From: a virus
DNA length: 64,000 nucleotides
Virus record (IMG/VR): IMGVR_UViG_3300023202_000205
Span: 115,365 to 179,364 of that record
Strand: one strand, 5' to 3'
Under the pieces are notes generated by a model, which had not been told where the DNA came from, did no database searches, and worked only from the letters and a program-made list of their open reading frames with translations. Each line of letters begins with the position of its first letter. Position 1 is the first letter of the stretch. A program made the position numbers and the translations under genes. Below, piece by piece: positions 8,780 to 16,892 of this stretch.

Positions 8780-9585
8780 TCGTCACCCTTCCCAAAAGTG
8801 GCTTTGCTCAGATACTCGGCCAGAAACGGGTTTTCCATCCGAGACACCTGGCCCCTCGCGTGAACTCGCAGATCCCGCTCCCGCATCGGCGTAATACGAC
8901 CCCTGAGGACCTCGCAGCGCAAAAACAGCAAATACGTATCCAGAGCGTCGCACATGGCGTAATTGAAGATCTGCTGTTGTTTTCCATCCTGCCACATCTG
9001 AAAAACCTGAGACCCGTCAATACCCATGCTCTTACCTGCTCCTCCGGCAAAGTAAGCAAACATGTCCAACCCACCCGGAATTCGTTGACCGCCAAAATTC
9101 GAGATGAATTCCTGACAGTCGAAATGGGCGTCGGTATTGAACCGATATCGGGGATGCTTGTAATTAGGCCCCTCCTGGGAAAACCAGTGCCGGGCTTCCT
9201 CAATACCGTAACGAAACGCATAGGTCTCCAAAACCGGCATATCGAAACCCCGACCGTTGTAGGTCACCAACGTTGGGCCACCATATTTCTCCCAGCCCCG
9301 CCAGAATTTGCGGGCAACCCCCTCAGGGCCACCCTCCAAATCGTGAACCGCCAAAACCTGCCTTAAACTCAGGTCAGGCCCAGCCTTGCAGAGGCCAATC
9401 GCAACAGGGCTGTGCCACGGAATCGGCAGAAACGTCGATTCCCCCAATTCCCGCTGCTCCTCCTGCCACGTAGTATAGAGATCCTCACCCCGCATAGTGC
9501 TACCGGGGTATTTGAAATCCCGCAGCAACTGGATATCCGGAATGGTCTCAATGTCGAAAACGAAAATGTCAACGCCGTCCTTCAT
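8776..9585 (-). CDS. stand-alone 3'-5' exonuclease (PolB exonuclease-like, DEDDy)
   Basis: FDIET ExoI, TYNGRGFD ExoII, YAMCD ExoIII; GGAG RBS before ATG 9585. Confidence 0.85.
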   Translation of the reverse strand: MKDGVDIFVFDIETIPDIQLLRDFKYPGSTMRGEDLYTTWQEEQRELGESTFLPIPWHSPVAIGLCKAGPDLSLRQVLAVHDLEGGPEGVARKFWRGWEKYGGPTLVTYNGRGFDMPVLETYAFRYGIEEARHWFSQEGPNYKHPRYRFNTDAHFDCQEFISNFGGQRIPGGLDMFAYFAGGAGKSMGIDGSQVFQMWQDGKQQQIFNYAMCDALDTYLLFLRCEVLRGRITPMRERDLRVHARGQVSRMENPFLAEYLSKATFGKGDE

Positions 9586-9603
9586 AGGGACTCCTCTCAA
9601 ATT

Positions 9604-9619
9604 GTGTTCGCGCGAACAC
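9604..9619. promoter_or_regulatory. palindromic operator GTGTTCGCGCGAACAC
   Basis: perfect 16-bp palindrome about 10 nt upstream of the exonuclease RBS. Confidence 0.75.
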
Positions 9620-9749
9620 AGATCAGACTGTGCCCAAACCACCTCTGAAAAACTGATTCAGTCGAACCACAAGCAGATTGGCCTGGTTGATGAGTTTCAT
9701 CGGAAGACTCCTACCGGTTTCCGGTTCAGATATCGAATGTGCCTCGGGT

Positions 9750-10124
9750 TCAGTTCAACTCAGCCTGCTCCTTCCGAGCCTCACTGGTCAACTGCCTCAG
9801 GCGATTTTCGAACCGCCTCTTGGCTTCCTGGTCGATCATCTCAACCAACTCCGTCTCCTGCATCTCCTCCTGACTGCAAACGAAAGCAGGCCCCACCAGC
9901 AAGCTGCCTACATGGCCAGAGAGAATAGCGGCGTAAGAGTTCAGGTCGAGATTCAGCAGTAGCCCCTCGTCGTCTACGTAGATGTCCCACCCACAGGCGG
10001 TGCCTTCAAGAATCGGAACTGCGCAGAAAAGCCCTGAAGGGAAAATCTGGTGTGTGTTGTTGAGTAGACGGTGGTGTTCCACGTGGAACATCACCTCTCC
10101 ATTCGGCTCTATGATGAGTGCCAT
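9750..10124 (-). CDS. DUF3846-like protein
   Basis: DIYVDDEGLL.NL..N..A......LVGPAFV. Confidence 0.55.
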   Translation of the reverse strand: MALIIEPNGEVMFHVEHHRLLNNTHQIFPSGLFCAVPILEGTACGWDIYVDDEGLLLNLDLNSYAAILSGHVGSLLVGPAFVCSQEEMQETELVEMIDQEAKRRFENRLRQLTSEARKEQAELN

Positions 10125-10164
10125 GATGCTCTCTTTCTCAGCGAATAGGAGGCGCAGTCACGCT

Positions 10165-10302
10165 TTACGCGTCCTGCTCTCCTTCTTTTTCCTCTTGCTC
10201 TACAATCAGACGGTCCAACGCCTCGTTGAAACTCATCCCCTCGGTCCGCAACTGGTCGAGCCGCTTGGCCAACTCCCTATCGGCCCCTACCCTGCGCCAC
10301 AT
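10165..10302 (-). CDS. small ribbon-helix-helix/antitoxin-like DNA-binding protein
   Basis: 45 aa, RVGADRELAKRLDQLRTEGMSFNEALDRLI; GGAG RBS before ATG 10302. Confidence 0.5.
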   Translation of the reverse strand: MWRRVGADRELAKRLDQLRTEGMSFNEALDRLIVEQEEKEGEQDA

Positions 10303-10372
10303 ACCAATCCGCTCCGACCCGCTCCTGGCCCTCGGAGGTGGATCACCAAGGTCGTAACATATCTGGTAACCT

Positions 10373-10408
10373 GTCACAGATACCAAGCCGCTGAACGGGC
10401 ATAGCGAG
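10373..10408 (-). CRISPR. solitary CRISPR repeat (34/36 match to array repeat)
   Basis: gtcacagataccaagccgctgaacgggcatagcgag; no neighbouring repeat. Confidence 0.9.
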
Positions 10409-10516
10409 CCGGCGAGATGGGTAGCGACGGAATCAGCCGTATCAGAGCTCCTCACACCAACTAGGTTGTCCGTAGTCCCGCAGTTTTGGAGCCCCGAGCC
10501 CAAAAACGTAGTCCAG

Positions 10517-10990
10517 CTAACCCCAGTAGCGCTCGAAGCTAGCAAGCTTCCCGAACTTTGGCACTCCTGGCCCTCTCTGCTCTCCGTCTCCTCCTCCATT
10601 GTCTGCTCCTTCTGTGCGCGATTGGATCCACCGAGCATCTATATCCCAGTAGCGGTAAAACGCTGTGCCTCTCGTATGGCCTCGTAGGGGTTTCTCGAAT
10701 TCAGTCTGCCACAGGCAGAGCGACGAGACAATCCATCGAATGGCCTGCCGGACCTGCTTGTTGTCCACCCCTACGTAGTCTATAAGAGAAGGTATGGTAT
10801 GCGGTCCCTGCTGAAGGGCATGGTAGACCACTGGAAAGATCGCCTTGGTGACCAGATACACCCTATGGGTCGCTGGTCGCAGCCCATGTTCACGGATTCT
10901 CGTGAAAAGAGGATCCACGTAGGTCTCAATACGGTCGAGCACCTCCTGTAGCGCATCCTCTGCAAGTTGCTGGTCTGGGTCTGAGTCCAT
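10517..10990 (-). CDS. hypothetical protein, possible winged HTH
   Basis: GGAGG RBS before ATG 10990; TIPSLIDYVGVDNKQVRQAIRW...FYRYW. Confidence 0.5.
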   Translation of the reverse strand: MDSDPDQQLAEDALQEVLDRIETYVDPLFTRIREHGLRPATHRVYLVTKAIFPVVYHALQQGPHTIPSLIDYVGVDNKQVRQAIRWIVSSLCLWQTEFEKPLRGHTRGTAFYRYWDIDARWIQSRTEGADNGGGDGEQRGPGVPKFGKLASFERYWG

Positions 10991-11027
10991 GACTTGCGCC
11001 TCCCGAGCCCAATACTCGTTACTGCCA

Positions 11028-11666
11028 CTACCAATCAAGCTGTTCAAGCTGTTTAACGTAGCAATACTCCATACAGCTAGGCTCCCTATACTCCAGCGGA
11101 GCAGCTTGCTTCACCCGCGTTACAACGTTTATGAGCGACTTTCTCAGGGCAACACCTACGTGTTGCGATGCTATTGATTTTACAATACCCAACGGAAATA
11201 GGTCCATGCTGTGGTTGTCATAGCGGGGACGACAATTATCAACGAAGGGAACGAGGTTCTCAGGCATAGTCCGAAAAAGATCGATCCCGACATCAACGGC
11301 GAGCTGAGTACCAATCCAGCCCCACCCGGGCTCTAACTCCGAATCACTGGGCTGCTCCTCGTAGCCGTACTCCTTGACGATCTCGACCACTTTCTCGGCA
11401 ACCGCCTGAGCTGTGTGGGCTGACGCTTCAGAAGAAGGGATCCGCCGCCGATCGGTGACCAACCAACCGTTTATGGGGACGTCAGACAGCTGGATCTTAT
11501 ATCCTCGGAGAAAGCTGCCACAGCAATCGTCCGAGAAAAGCAGGTTACCCAACCTGCCGGGCTGGTCGGAAAAGAAGTCCTCCACAAAGACTGTGAAATC
11601 GAGATAGGGTAGGCTGATCGATAGATTTCGGACGATGATTCTGTCTTCTTGCGTGTTGGTCTCCAT
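11028..11666 (-). CDS. hypothetical protein
   Basis: 212-aa ORF in operon. Confidence 0.65.
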   Translation of the reverse strand: METNTQEDRIIVRNLSISLPYLDFTVFVEDFFSDQPGRLGNLLFSDDCCGSFLRGYKIQLSDVPINGWLVTDRRRIPSSEASAHTAQAVAEKVVEIVKEYGYEEQPSDSELEPGWGWIGTQLAVDVGIDLFRTMPENLVPFVDNCRPRYDNHSMDLFPLGIVKSIASQHVGVALRKSLINVVTRVKQAAPLEYREPSCMEYCYVKQLEQLDW

Positions 11667-11680
11667 CCGGATCTCCTCTG

Positions 11681-12424
11681 CTAGCTTTTGAGTGATTCGA
11701 GTATTTCCTGTGGTTCTGGGATCGACGAATACTCCTTGGGATACATTTTCGTGTCATAGGCCATAAGTAGCTGTCTGATCTCGTTCGACAAGGCTGCTGG
11801 AGTGTACCCGTGGGTGCCCCCTATGCCTACCTTGCCGAGGTGCCCGCGAGAACCTCTGAAACAGTGCACCGCCAAATACCCCGTCAGTCCTCCTGGGAAA
11901 ATAGACGCCTTTTTAAACAAGACGTGAATCGGGTCACGCATACAAACGTTCACAGAAGCAGCAATGCTACAATACGGATCAGCCAGTAATGCCCACCTGA
12001 GGTTGTTAAAGGGAATGTAGACCACCTCATTTAACCAAGGAACCCAAATGGGAAAGTCTTTCACTTTATCAAAATATACCTTACGTACACTGACTCCCCC
12101 AAGAAACGACAAGTTATTCCGGTCCGGGTGTAGGTACTTTCGGGAATAATCTCTTATAGCCTTCGCTGTAACACCCCTAAAAGGTATGGGTTGTGAGTTT
12201 CCCACGACCAAATCGAATAAGCGATCCCTTGAGGGAGTACCAACTAGCTCTCTGATATAGTCAACAAGGACGTCATTCAGGCCACACACGAGATCGTAAT
12301 AGGTGCTCTGGCTGGTAGATTCCGGAACCACCTCCCCTCGGGACCACGCTCTCCAAGCGTTAATGAACTCCATACCAGTACAGTAGTTGCGCGGTAGTGG
12401 CTGTTTACTGTCACTGCTCAGCAT
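11681..12424 (-). CDS. hypothetical protein, paralogue family member 3
   Basis: YCTGMEFINAWRAWSRGEVVP motif; AAGGAG RBS before ATG 12424. Confidence 0.7.
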   Translation of the reverse strand: MLSSDSKQPLPRNYCTGMEFINAWRAWSRGEVVPESTSQSTYYDLVCGLNDVLVDYIRELVGTPSRDRLFDLVVGNSQPIPFRGVTAKAIRDYSRKYLHPDRNNLSFLGGVSVRKVYFDKVKDFPIWVPWLNEVVYIPFNNLRWALLADPYCSIAASVNVCMRDPIHVLFKKASIFPGGLTGYLAVHCFRGSRGHLGKVGIGGTHGYTPAALSNEIRQLLMAYDTKMYPKEYSSIPEPQEILESLKS

Positions 12425-13130
12425 GGGGAATGAACTCCTTGGTAGAGGGAGTGGGGACTGGAGCGAAGTGCCTTCCCACACGGCTCCCCATTTCGTTCGG
12501 CCATGTCCTCCCAAAAACCGTGTCAAGCAACTCGATGGCAACACAGCGAGCTACTGGGTTGATCAGACTGTCCTCGAAACCAGGTGTTCTGACAAACGTG
12601 CGCCAGCGCTTGAGATGCTGGAACAAATGGATCGACTCGCCCAAGCTCAGGAACCACCCTCGAGATCTCAGGGATCCCGGAAACGGGTTACTTACAACAA
12701 GTACTGCATGCTTGACCACCTGTATACGGGTCCCGTCGAATACGAGCACCCCACAGGTGTTCCTAGTTTCTACACTAAATGAGCCTGCTAAACGCTTGAT
12801 CTGCTCTGGGACTTCCCCCTCAAGAAGGACCTCTATTTCCCCCATCAAGATGCTCACAGATAGTTTATCACGCACACTTCTTGTAAGACCGAACGGAGGC
12901 CTCCCTTCCCAACAAGATCCGAAAGAGTCTACCATGTCACGCCACTCGTAGTTCTTCGCTAGGAATTGACGAAAAAGACGGCAGCTCAGGTCATCGAGCC
13001 ACCTCATATCCCCCTCTCCAGGAATCCTCTCCGAGCTCGTAGGCGTAGGAACTGCCTTCCCCAAGGAATAGCAGCGCCACGCTCTTATGAATTCTGTAGG
13101 TGATGTGTAATCACTCTGTCGTGGTATCAT
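12411..13130 (-). CDS. hypothetical protein, paralogue family member 2
   Basis: YTSPTEFIRAWRCYSLGKAVP motif. Confidence 0.7.
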   Translation of the reverse strand: MIPRQSDYTSPTEFIRAWRCYSLGKAVPTPTSSERIPGEGDMRWLDDLSCRLFRQFLAKNYEWRDMVDSFGSCWEGRPPFGLTRSVRDKLSVSILMGEIEVLLEGEVPEQIKRLAGSFSVETRNTCGVLVFDGTRIQVVKHAVLVVSNPFPGSLRSRGWFLSLGESIHLFQHLKRWRTFVRTPGFEDSLINPVARCVAIELLDTVFGRTWPNEMGSRVGRHFAPVPTPSTKEFIPHAEQ

Positions 13131-13141
13131 GAGACCTCCTG

Positions 13142-14011
13142 CTACGTTTTGTAAAGCGCGCCCAGCTCAGATCCAAGCTCCCCTGGCCAGTAAGTCTCCC
13201 CGTAAATGCGATCCAAGATCTGTACAGCTAACCCACGAGCCACCCAGGTATCCGGGGTCACCCAGCCAGGGGTCTGGGTATCAATTTCTGAATCCGAATC
13301 CATAGCAAGCGTCAGTCTCTGAAGATAGAGAGGTAAGTTTACCCGTGCTAGTTCTATAAAGTAGCAGTCCGCGCAGTCACTACATCTCTCATGTGCTATC
13401 TCGAAGAAAGCAGCTCCATCAGGGAGGGGCGGCACCTCTACTACAGTTCTTATGGAAACCAACGGCATCGTTGGGCGACCCGCTACCCGTGACGTTAAAT
13501 TGAATAGCTGACATTTATCGTCGAATACCCTCACATGCCGGTCATCAAAAGAGACCTCTCTTATCGGAATACGGAAAGGGTAAGGGTCAAGCACGGGACA
13601 TTCACAGACGTCGTCTATCAGGGCGCGAATCTCCTCGTTGATATCCGGAGCGGTTGCTGAATTGTTAAGCAGGTCTTTGACTCTGCTGGTAAACCTGGCC
13701 TCAACAAACATCCGTTTATCGAGTGGTATTTCAACGATCTCCTCTATTCCCTCTCTGTGTATGAACCCCCCACCTGCGTACTCAACAGATTCTATGAATT
13801 CCTTTTCAAGGTTTGGTAGGAACTCATTTTCATAAAAGTGTCGAAAACGAGTAGGTGATTCGAAACGTAGGGGGGCGTGCATCTCCCTGTCATATTCCAT
13901 CACTGGCGGGAAAGTTGGCTGAGGGACTTCCTGACCAAGAGAGTATTTCCTCCAAGCACTGATGAACTCCATGGGAGTCTTGTAATGGGTTAGTTGTGGT
14001 TTTTCGGTCAT
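13142..14011 (-). CDS. hypothetical protein, paralogue family member 1
   Basis: YKTPMEFISAWRKYSLGQEVP motif. Confidence 0.7.
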   Translation of the reverse strand: MTEKPQLTHYKTPMEFISAWRKYSLGQEVPQPTFPPVMEYDREMHAPLRFESPTRFRHFYENEFLPNLEKEFIESVEYAGGGFIHREGIEEIVEIPLDKRMFVEARFTSRVKDLLNNSATAPDINEEIRALIDDVCECPVLDPYPFRIPIREVSFDDRHVRVFDDKCQLFNLTSRVAGRPTMPLVSIRTVVEVPPLPDGAAFFEIAHERCSDCADCYFIELARVNLPLYLQRLTLAMDSDSEIDTQTPGWVTPDTWVARGLAVQILDRIYGETYWPGELGSELGALYKT

Positions 14012-14048
14012 TGATCAGCTTCCTTACTAAGTCAGTAAGATAGTCTTC

Positions 14049-14109
14049 GTCGCAGATACCAAGCCTCTAATCGGGCATAGCGAGAGGGCTCTTATAACTC
14101 GGCCAAGGG
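14049..14109 (-). CRISPR. solitary CRISPR repeat (33/36, 14049..14084) with leader-proximal segment
   Basis: gtcgcagataccaagcctctaatcgggcatagcgag followed by agggctcttataactcggccaaggg (21/25 match to array-2 leader). Confidence 0.92.
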
Positions 14110-14112
14110 TTC

Positions 14113-14340
14113 CATCAGTCGCTCTATTAGAGCAGTAGAATAGCTCTACCAGGGGCTTCATCGGCTACTCTATTAAAGTAGTAATACGCCTTTACCAGGG
14201 GTCTCGTCAACTATCTTATTAAGGTAGTAAGACAAGCTCCAGGTGGTATGCCAGCCCCCTCTATTAGAGCAGTAAGACGGCTTTCCAGGAGTTACATCTG
14301 TTACTCTGCTAAAGTAATAGGATTACATCACCAGTATTAC
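14113..14340. repeat. five degenerate direct repeats, 45-46-bp period (iteron-like)
   Basis: core ctctattagagcagta at 14122, 14168, 14214, 14259, 14304, each followed by ccag. Confidence 0.8.
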
Positions 14341-14373
14341 GTAAACACGAGAAAGGAACCCACTAATATAGTT

Positions 14374-14518
14374 CGGGAATGTATAATTCTGCTTTTTAGC
14401 GAGAGTACTACGTAAGGAGCTTTTTTCGTATTATCAGTTTAATAGCTATTATACTATTAAAACCAACAAAAGCTCCTTACGAAGTACTCTAGCTAAAAAG
14501 CAGAATTATACATTCCCG
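14374..14518. repeat. large AT-rich inverted repeat, 51-bp arms
   Basis: 14374..14424 vs reverse complement of 14468..14518: 2 mismatches; inner tttaatag/ctattaaa stem. Confidence 0.92.
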
Positions 14519-14579
14519 TAAATGAGTTGGAGATTCACGATAAAACTGGTCCTGAGACCATGAGAATCGCCTGATACCT

Positions 14580-14697
14580 GGAAATCCCCTGGTGACTTCA
14601 CTACCTGTTTACCCGTGAATGGGATTTCCTGCCTCACTGAGAGACTTTCTTGGTGACAGAGGGTACTGGGAGGGGGTCATCAATAAAAGTCTCTCAG
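14580..14697. other. two nested hairpins, possible structured RNA
   Basis: ggaaatccc/gggatttcc with inner ttcac/gtgaa; ctgagagacttt/aaagtctctcag with inner ttggtgac/gtcatcaa. Confidence 0.4.
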
Positions 14698-14729
14698 ATT
14701 GGAAAAATCGAGTAGGATAGTAGGTCCTG

Positions 14730-14948
14730 CTACCCCGACCCGTCTGAACCGAATACCTTGCGGTAGATCCGGTCCAGGCGGTTCAGCTGGCTCTCCACGA
14801 ACCGGTGGTCCCGTCGCTTGTCCATCTCATCGATGAAGCTGATCTCACGATCCTGGAGTTGGAACTCCTCTGAAGAGAGATCGAGCAATGCATCGAGTTG
14901 GTCACGTTGTCGATCGTCAAGCGGTACACGTTTGGGAAGCACTGCCAC
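14730..14948 (-). CDS. small hypothetical protein
   Basis: 72 aa, GGAG RBS, operator upstream. Confidence 0.55.
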   Translation of the reverse strand: MAVLPKRVPLDDRQRDQLDALLDLSSEEFQLQDREISFIDEMDKRRDHRFVESQLNRLDRIYRKVFGSDGSG

Positions 14949-14972
14949 GCTGGGTCTCCTGGTGCAAACTTT

Positions 14973-14988
14973 GTGTTCGCGTGAACAC
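14973..14988. promoter_or_regulatory. palindromic operator GTGTTC-GCGT-GAACAC
   Basis: 25 nt upstream of start 14948. Confidence 0.7.
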
Positions 14989-15139
14989 TATTGAGGCGAT
15001 TGTTGTTCCTTGGCTTCTTCGGCAGCTTCGTACCAACCCTCTTTCCAATTCTTGGCACGATGTTGATCATCTGTGTGAGGGCACGAAGTAATCGACTGCC
15101 CTGCCTTGAAAGCTCGATAACCATTATTCAAGTCCTCGT

Positions 15140-15973
15140 TTATGCCGTATTTTTCCATGACTCACTTCCTCCTATCTTATTAGAATCACACGTGAAGGGG
15201 CTTTTCCACGAGTCCTCTATAAAAGCGTGTTTGAGTGCTCTCATGTCTTCCTCGTTGGAGAGATGGTGTTGGATGCTTTTACAGCTCTGTAGAAGACTGT
15301 TCGAGGCATCTTCGAACACCTCGCGGCTGAAGGTACCGTAAAGCGTACAGTATGGTGGGCACTTCTCGACGAGCAAGAGACCCGCTTGTTCACAATCCCC
15401 CAGCAACGCGGCCAAAACAGCCGACTGATTCCACTTTGCCCGCCAAACAGCGTGGCTGATCGGGTCACTGTTGTACAGCTTGTCGACCGCTTTGAGAATC
15501 ACAGAAGTCTTTCCTGGCACTACAATTGGGACATTTTCTCTCAGTTCGATCCGATCGATGCCGTCGCTCTCCGGCCAGATTTCCGAGGCATTCTTGGCTA
15601 GCGGTGCCGAATCGGTTTTGGACTCGGTGTGAAGCTGCTGGATCGTCTTGTTCTCTTTGATCGACTCGACCATGGCCGCCGCTTTATGGTAGTCGCTCAT
15701 GAGCACTGGAATCTTGTGTAGCTTGTCCGCCTCTTTCTTGCCCTCGGTCCAATCTTTCGTTCGGCGACTGGAGGTATCGATGAAGTGGAATGCTGCGTTG
15801 AGCACCGTATGCTCGGCTTGAAAGCACAACATGAGTAGGTCGTTGAACAGTTGACTGGAGCTGGGTGCTGGCGCGTCCATCTCACCGGTCATCATCAGGC
15901 AAAAATGATAAGGGTGGTTATACCAATCCCTTAGGTGACGGCTGCCTAGAGAGATCACTGGTTGGTCATTCAT
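15140..15973 (-). CDS. hypothetical protein
   Basis: 277-aa ORF. Confidence 0.7.
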   Translation of the reverse strand: MNDQPVISLGSRHLRDWYNHPYHFCLMMTGEMDAPAPSSSQLFNDLLMLCFQAEHTVLNAAFHFIDTSSRRTKDWTEGKKEADKLHKIPVLMSDYHKAAAMVESIKENKTIQQLHTESKTDSAPLAKNASEIWPESDGIDRIELRENVPIVVPGKTSVILKAVDKLYNSDPISHAVWRAKWNQSAVLAALLGDCEQAGLLLVEKCPPYCTLYGTFSREVFEDASNSLLQSCKSIQHHLSNEEDMRALKHAFIEDSWKSPFTCDSNKIGGSESWKNTA

Positions 15974-16271
15974 CTGGTATCTCGATTTCTGTCTGTGGGT
16001 CTCCGTCGAGGTCGGTAAGTGCTTTAATCAGATCCATGATGGGCACTGAGTAAAGCTCTCCTCCTCGCTCAACAGATTCCATGTATTTGACGCGTTCATC
16101 CCGGATCTGGTTGGCCATCTCCGGGTAGTCTTTCACGAGTTCATCCTCTGCTTCCGCCATATGGCCGATAGCGATCCAGGCGTGTTCTGGGTATCCTCTG
16201 GGTACCTCAGACATCAACACCAACGCCTGAGCTAAATGCTTGCGACCACATGACGTACAGCTGGGCCTCAT
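15966..16271 (-). CDS. hypothetical protein
   Basis: MRPSCTSCGRKHLAQA...; overlaps next gene by 8 nt. Confidence 0.6.
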   Translation of the reverse strand: MRPSCTSCGRKHLAQALVLMSEVPRGYPEHAWIAIGHMAEAEDELVKDYPEMANQIRDERVKYMESVERGGELYSVPIMDLIKALTDLDGDPQTEIEIPDE

Positions 16272-16300
16272 GAATAGATCCTTTCGGTCTCGGAGGTGCA

Positions 16301-16825
16301 TTACTTGCTGTTATTGGTTTTCGATACAGCGGTAGAGACAGCCCTATTGGTCCCAGCCGATGCCTGCCTATCTGACTGCCCACCCGTTGTGTTGGGGACC
16401 GACGGTAACGCCTTGTCCTGGTCCTTCTTCTTCTGCTCTTGCTCCTTCGTCTTCACAGCCGCCGACTGCTCCTCAAAAGCCTGCTTGGCCACCTCGAGAA
16501 CTACCTGCACATCCCGTGATGCCGTCTGATCACTCGCGGTACACTGAGCCATCTGGAGGCTATTAAGCAAGCCCTCCAAAAGCTCGTAAGGCGCGTCAGT
16601 CAGGTAGACGCAAGGGTTGGCACGTTTTTCGTTCTGGGACGTCGCCTTCTGGGCACGAGCCAGCTCAGCCTTGGTATAGCCGACCAGGTCGATGAGGGGC
16701 TGGGGGTTCTCGGAAGGAGTGTAGGCGTCGACGTGCACCGTTAGGGTCAGGACAAAGTGCTTTGCGTCAATACTCATGACGCGTGTGCACTCTTCCATTT
16801 GGATACTCGTGATGTGATCTTCCAT
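16301..16825 (-). CDS. hypothetical protein
   Basis: 174 aa, GAGG RBS. Confidence 0.65.
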   Translation of the reverse strand: MEDHITSIQMEECTRVMSIDAKHFVLTLTVHVDAYTPSENPQPLIDLVGYTKAELARAQKATSQNEKRANPCVYLTDAPYELLEGLLNSLQMAQCTASDQTASRDVQVVLEVAKQAFEEQSAAVKTKEQEQKKKDQDKALPSVPNTTGGQSDRQASAGTNRAVSTAVSKTNNSK

Positions 16826-16837
16826 GGTTTCCTCATG

Positions 16838-16862
16838 AAAAAAACCACCTGATATCAGGTGG
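16838..16862 (-). terminator. intrinsic terminator
   Basis: perfect palindrome ccacctgatatcaggtgg with A7 tract (U7 on minus strand) after stop of 16893..18104. Confidence 0.7.
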
Positions 16863-16892
16863 CTTGTAGTGGTTCATTTGGTCAGGAATTGA

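Noticed and set aside
10076-10091. Palindrome tgttccacgtggaaca as another operator
   Set aside because: Spacing is N6 not N4, and it lies inside a coding region.
10303-10638. 157-aa ORF 10165..10638 as one gene
   Set aside because: Overlaps the upstream gene and reads through the solitary repeat; only the last 45 aa have an RBS and a plausible fold.
14113-14340. 46-bp repeats as a degenerate CRISPR array continuing from 14049
   Set aside because: No similarity to the 36-bp repeat, the whole unit repeats, and it lies on the leader side.
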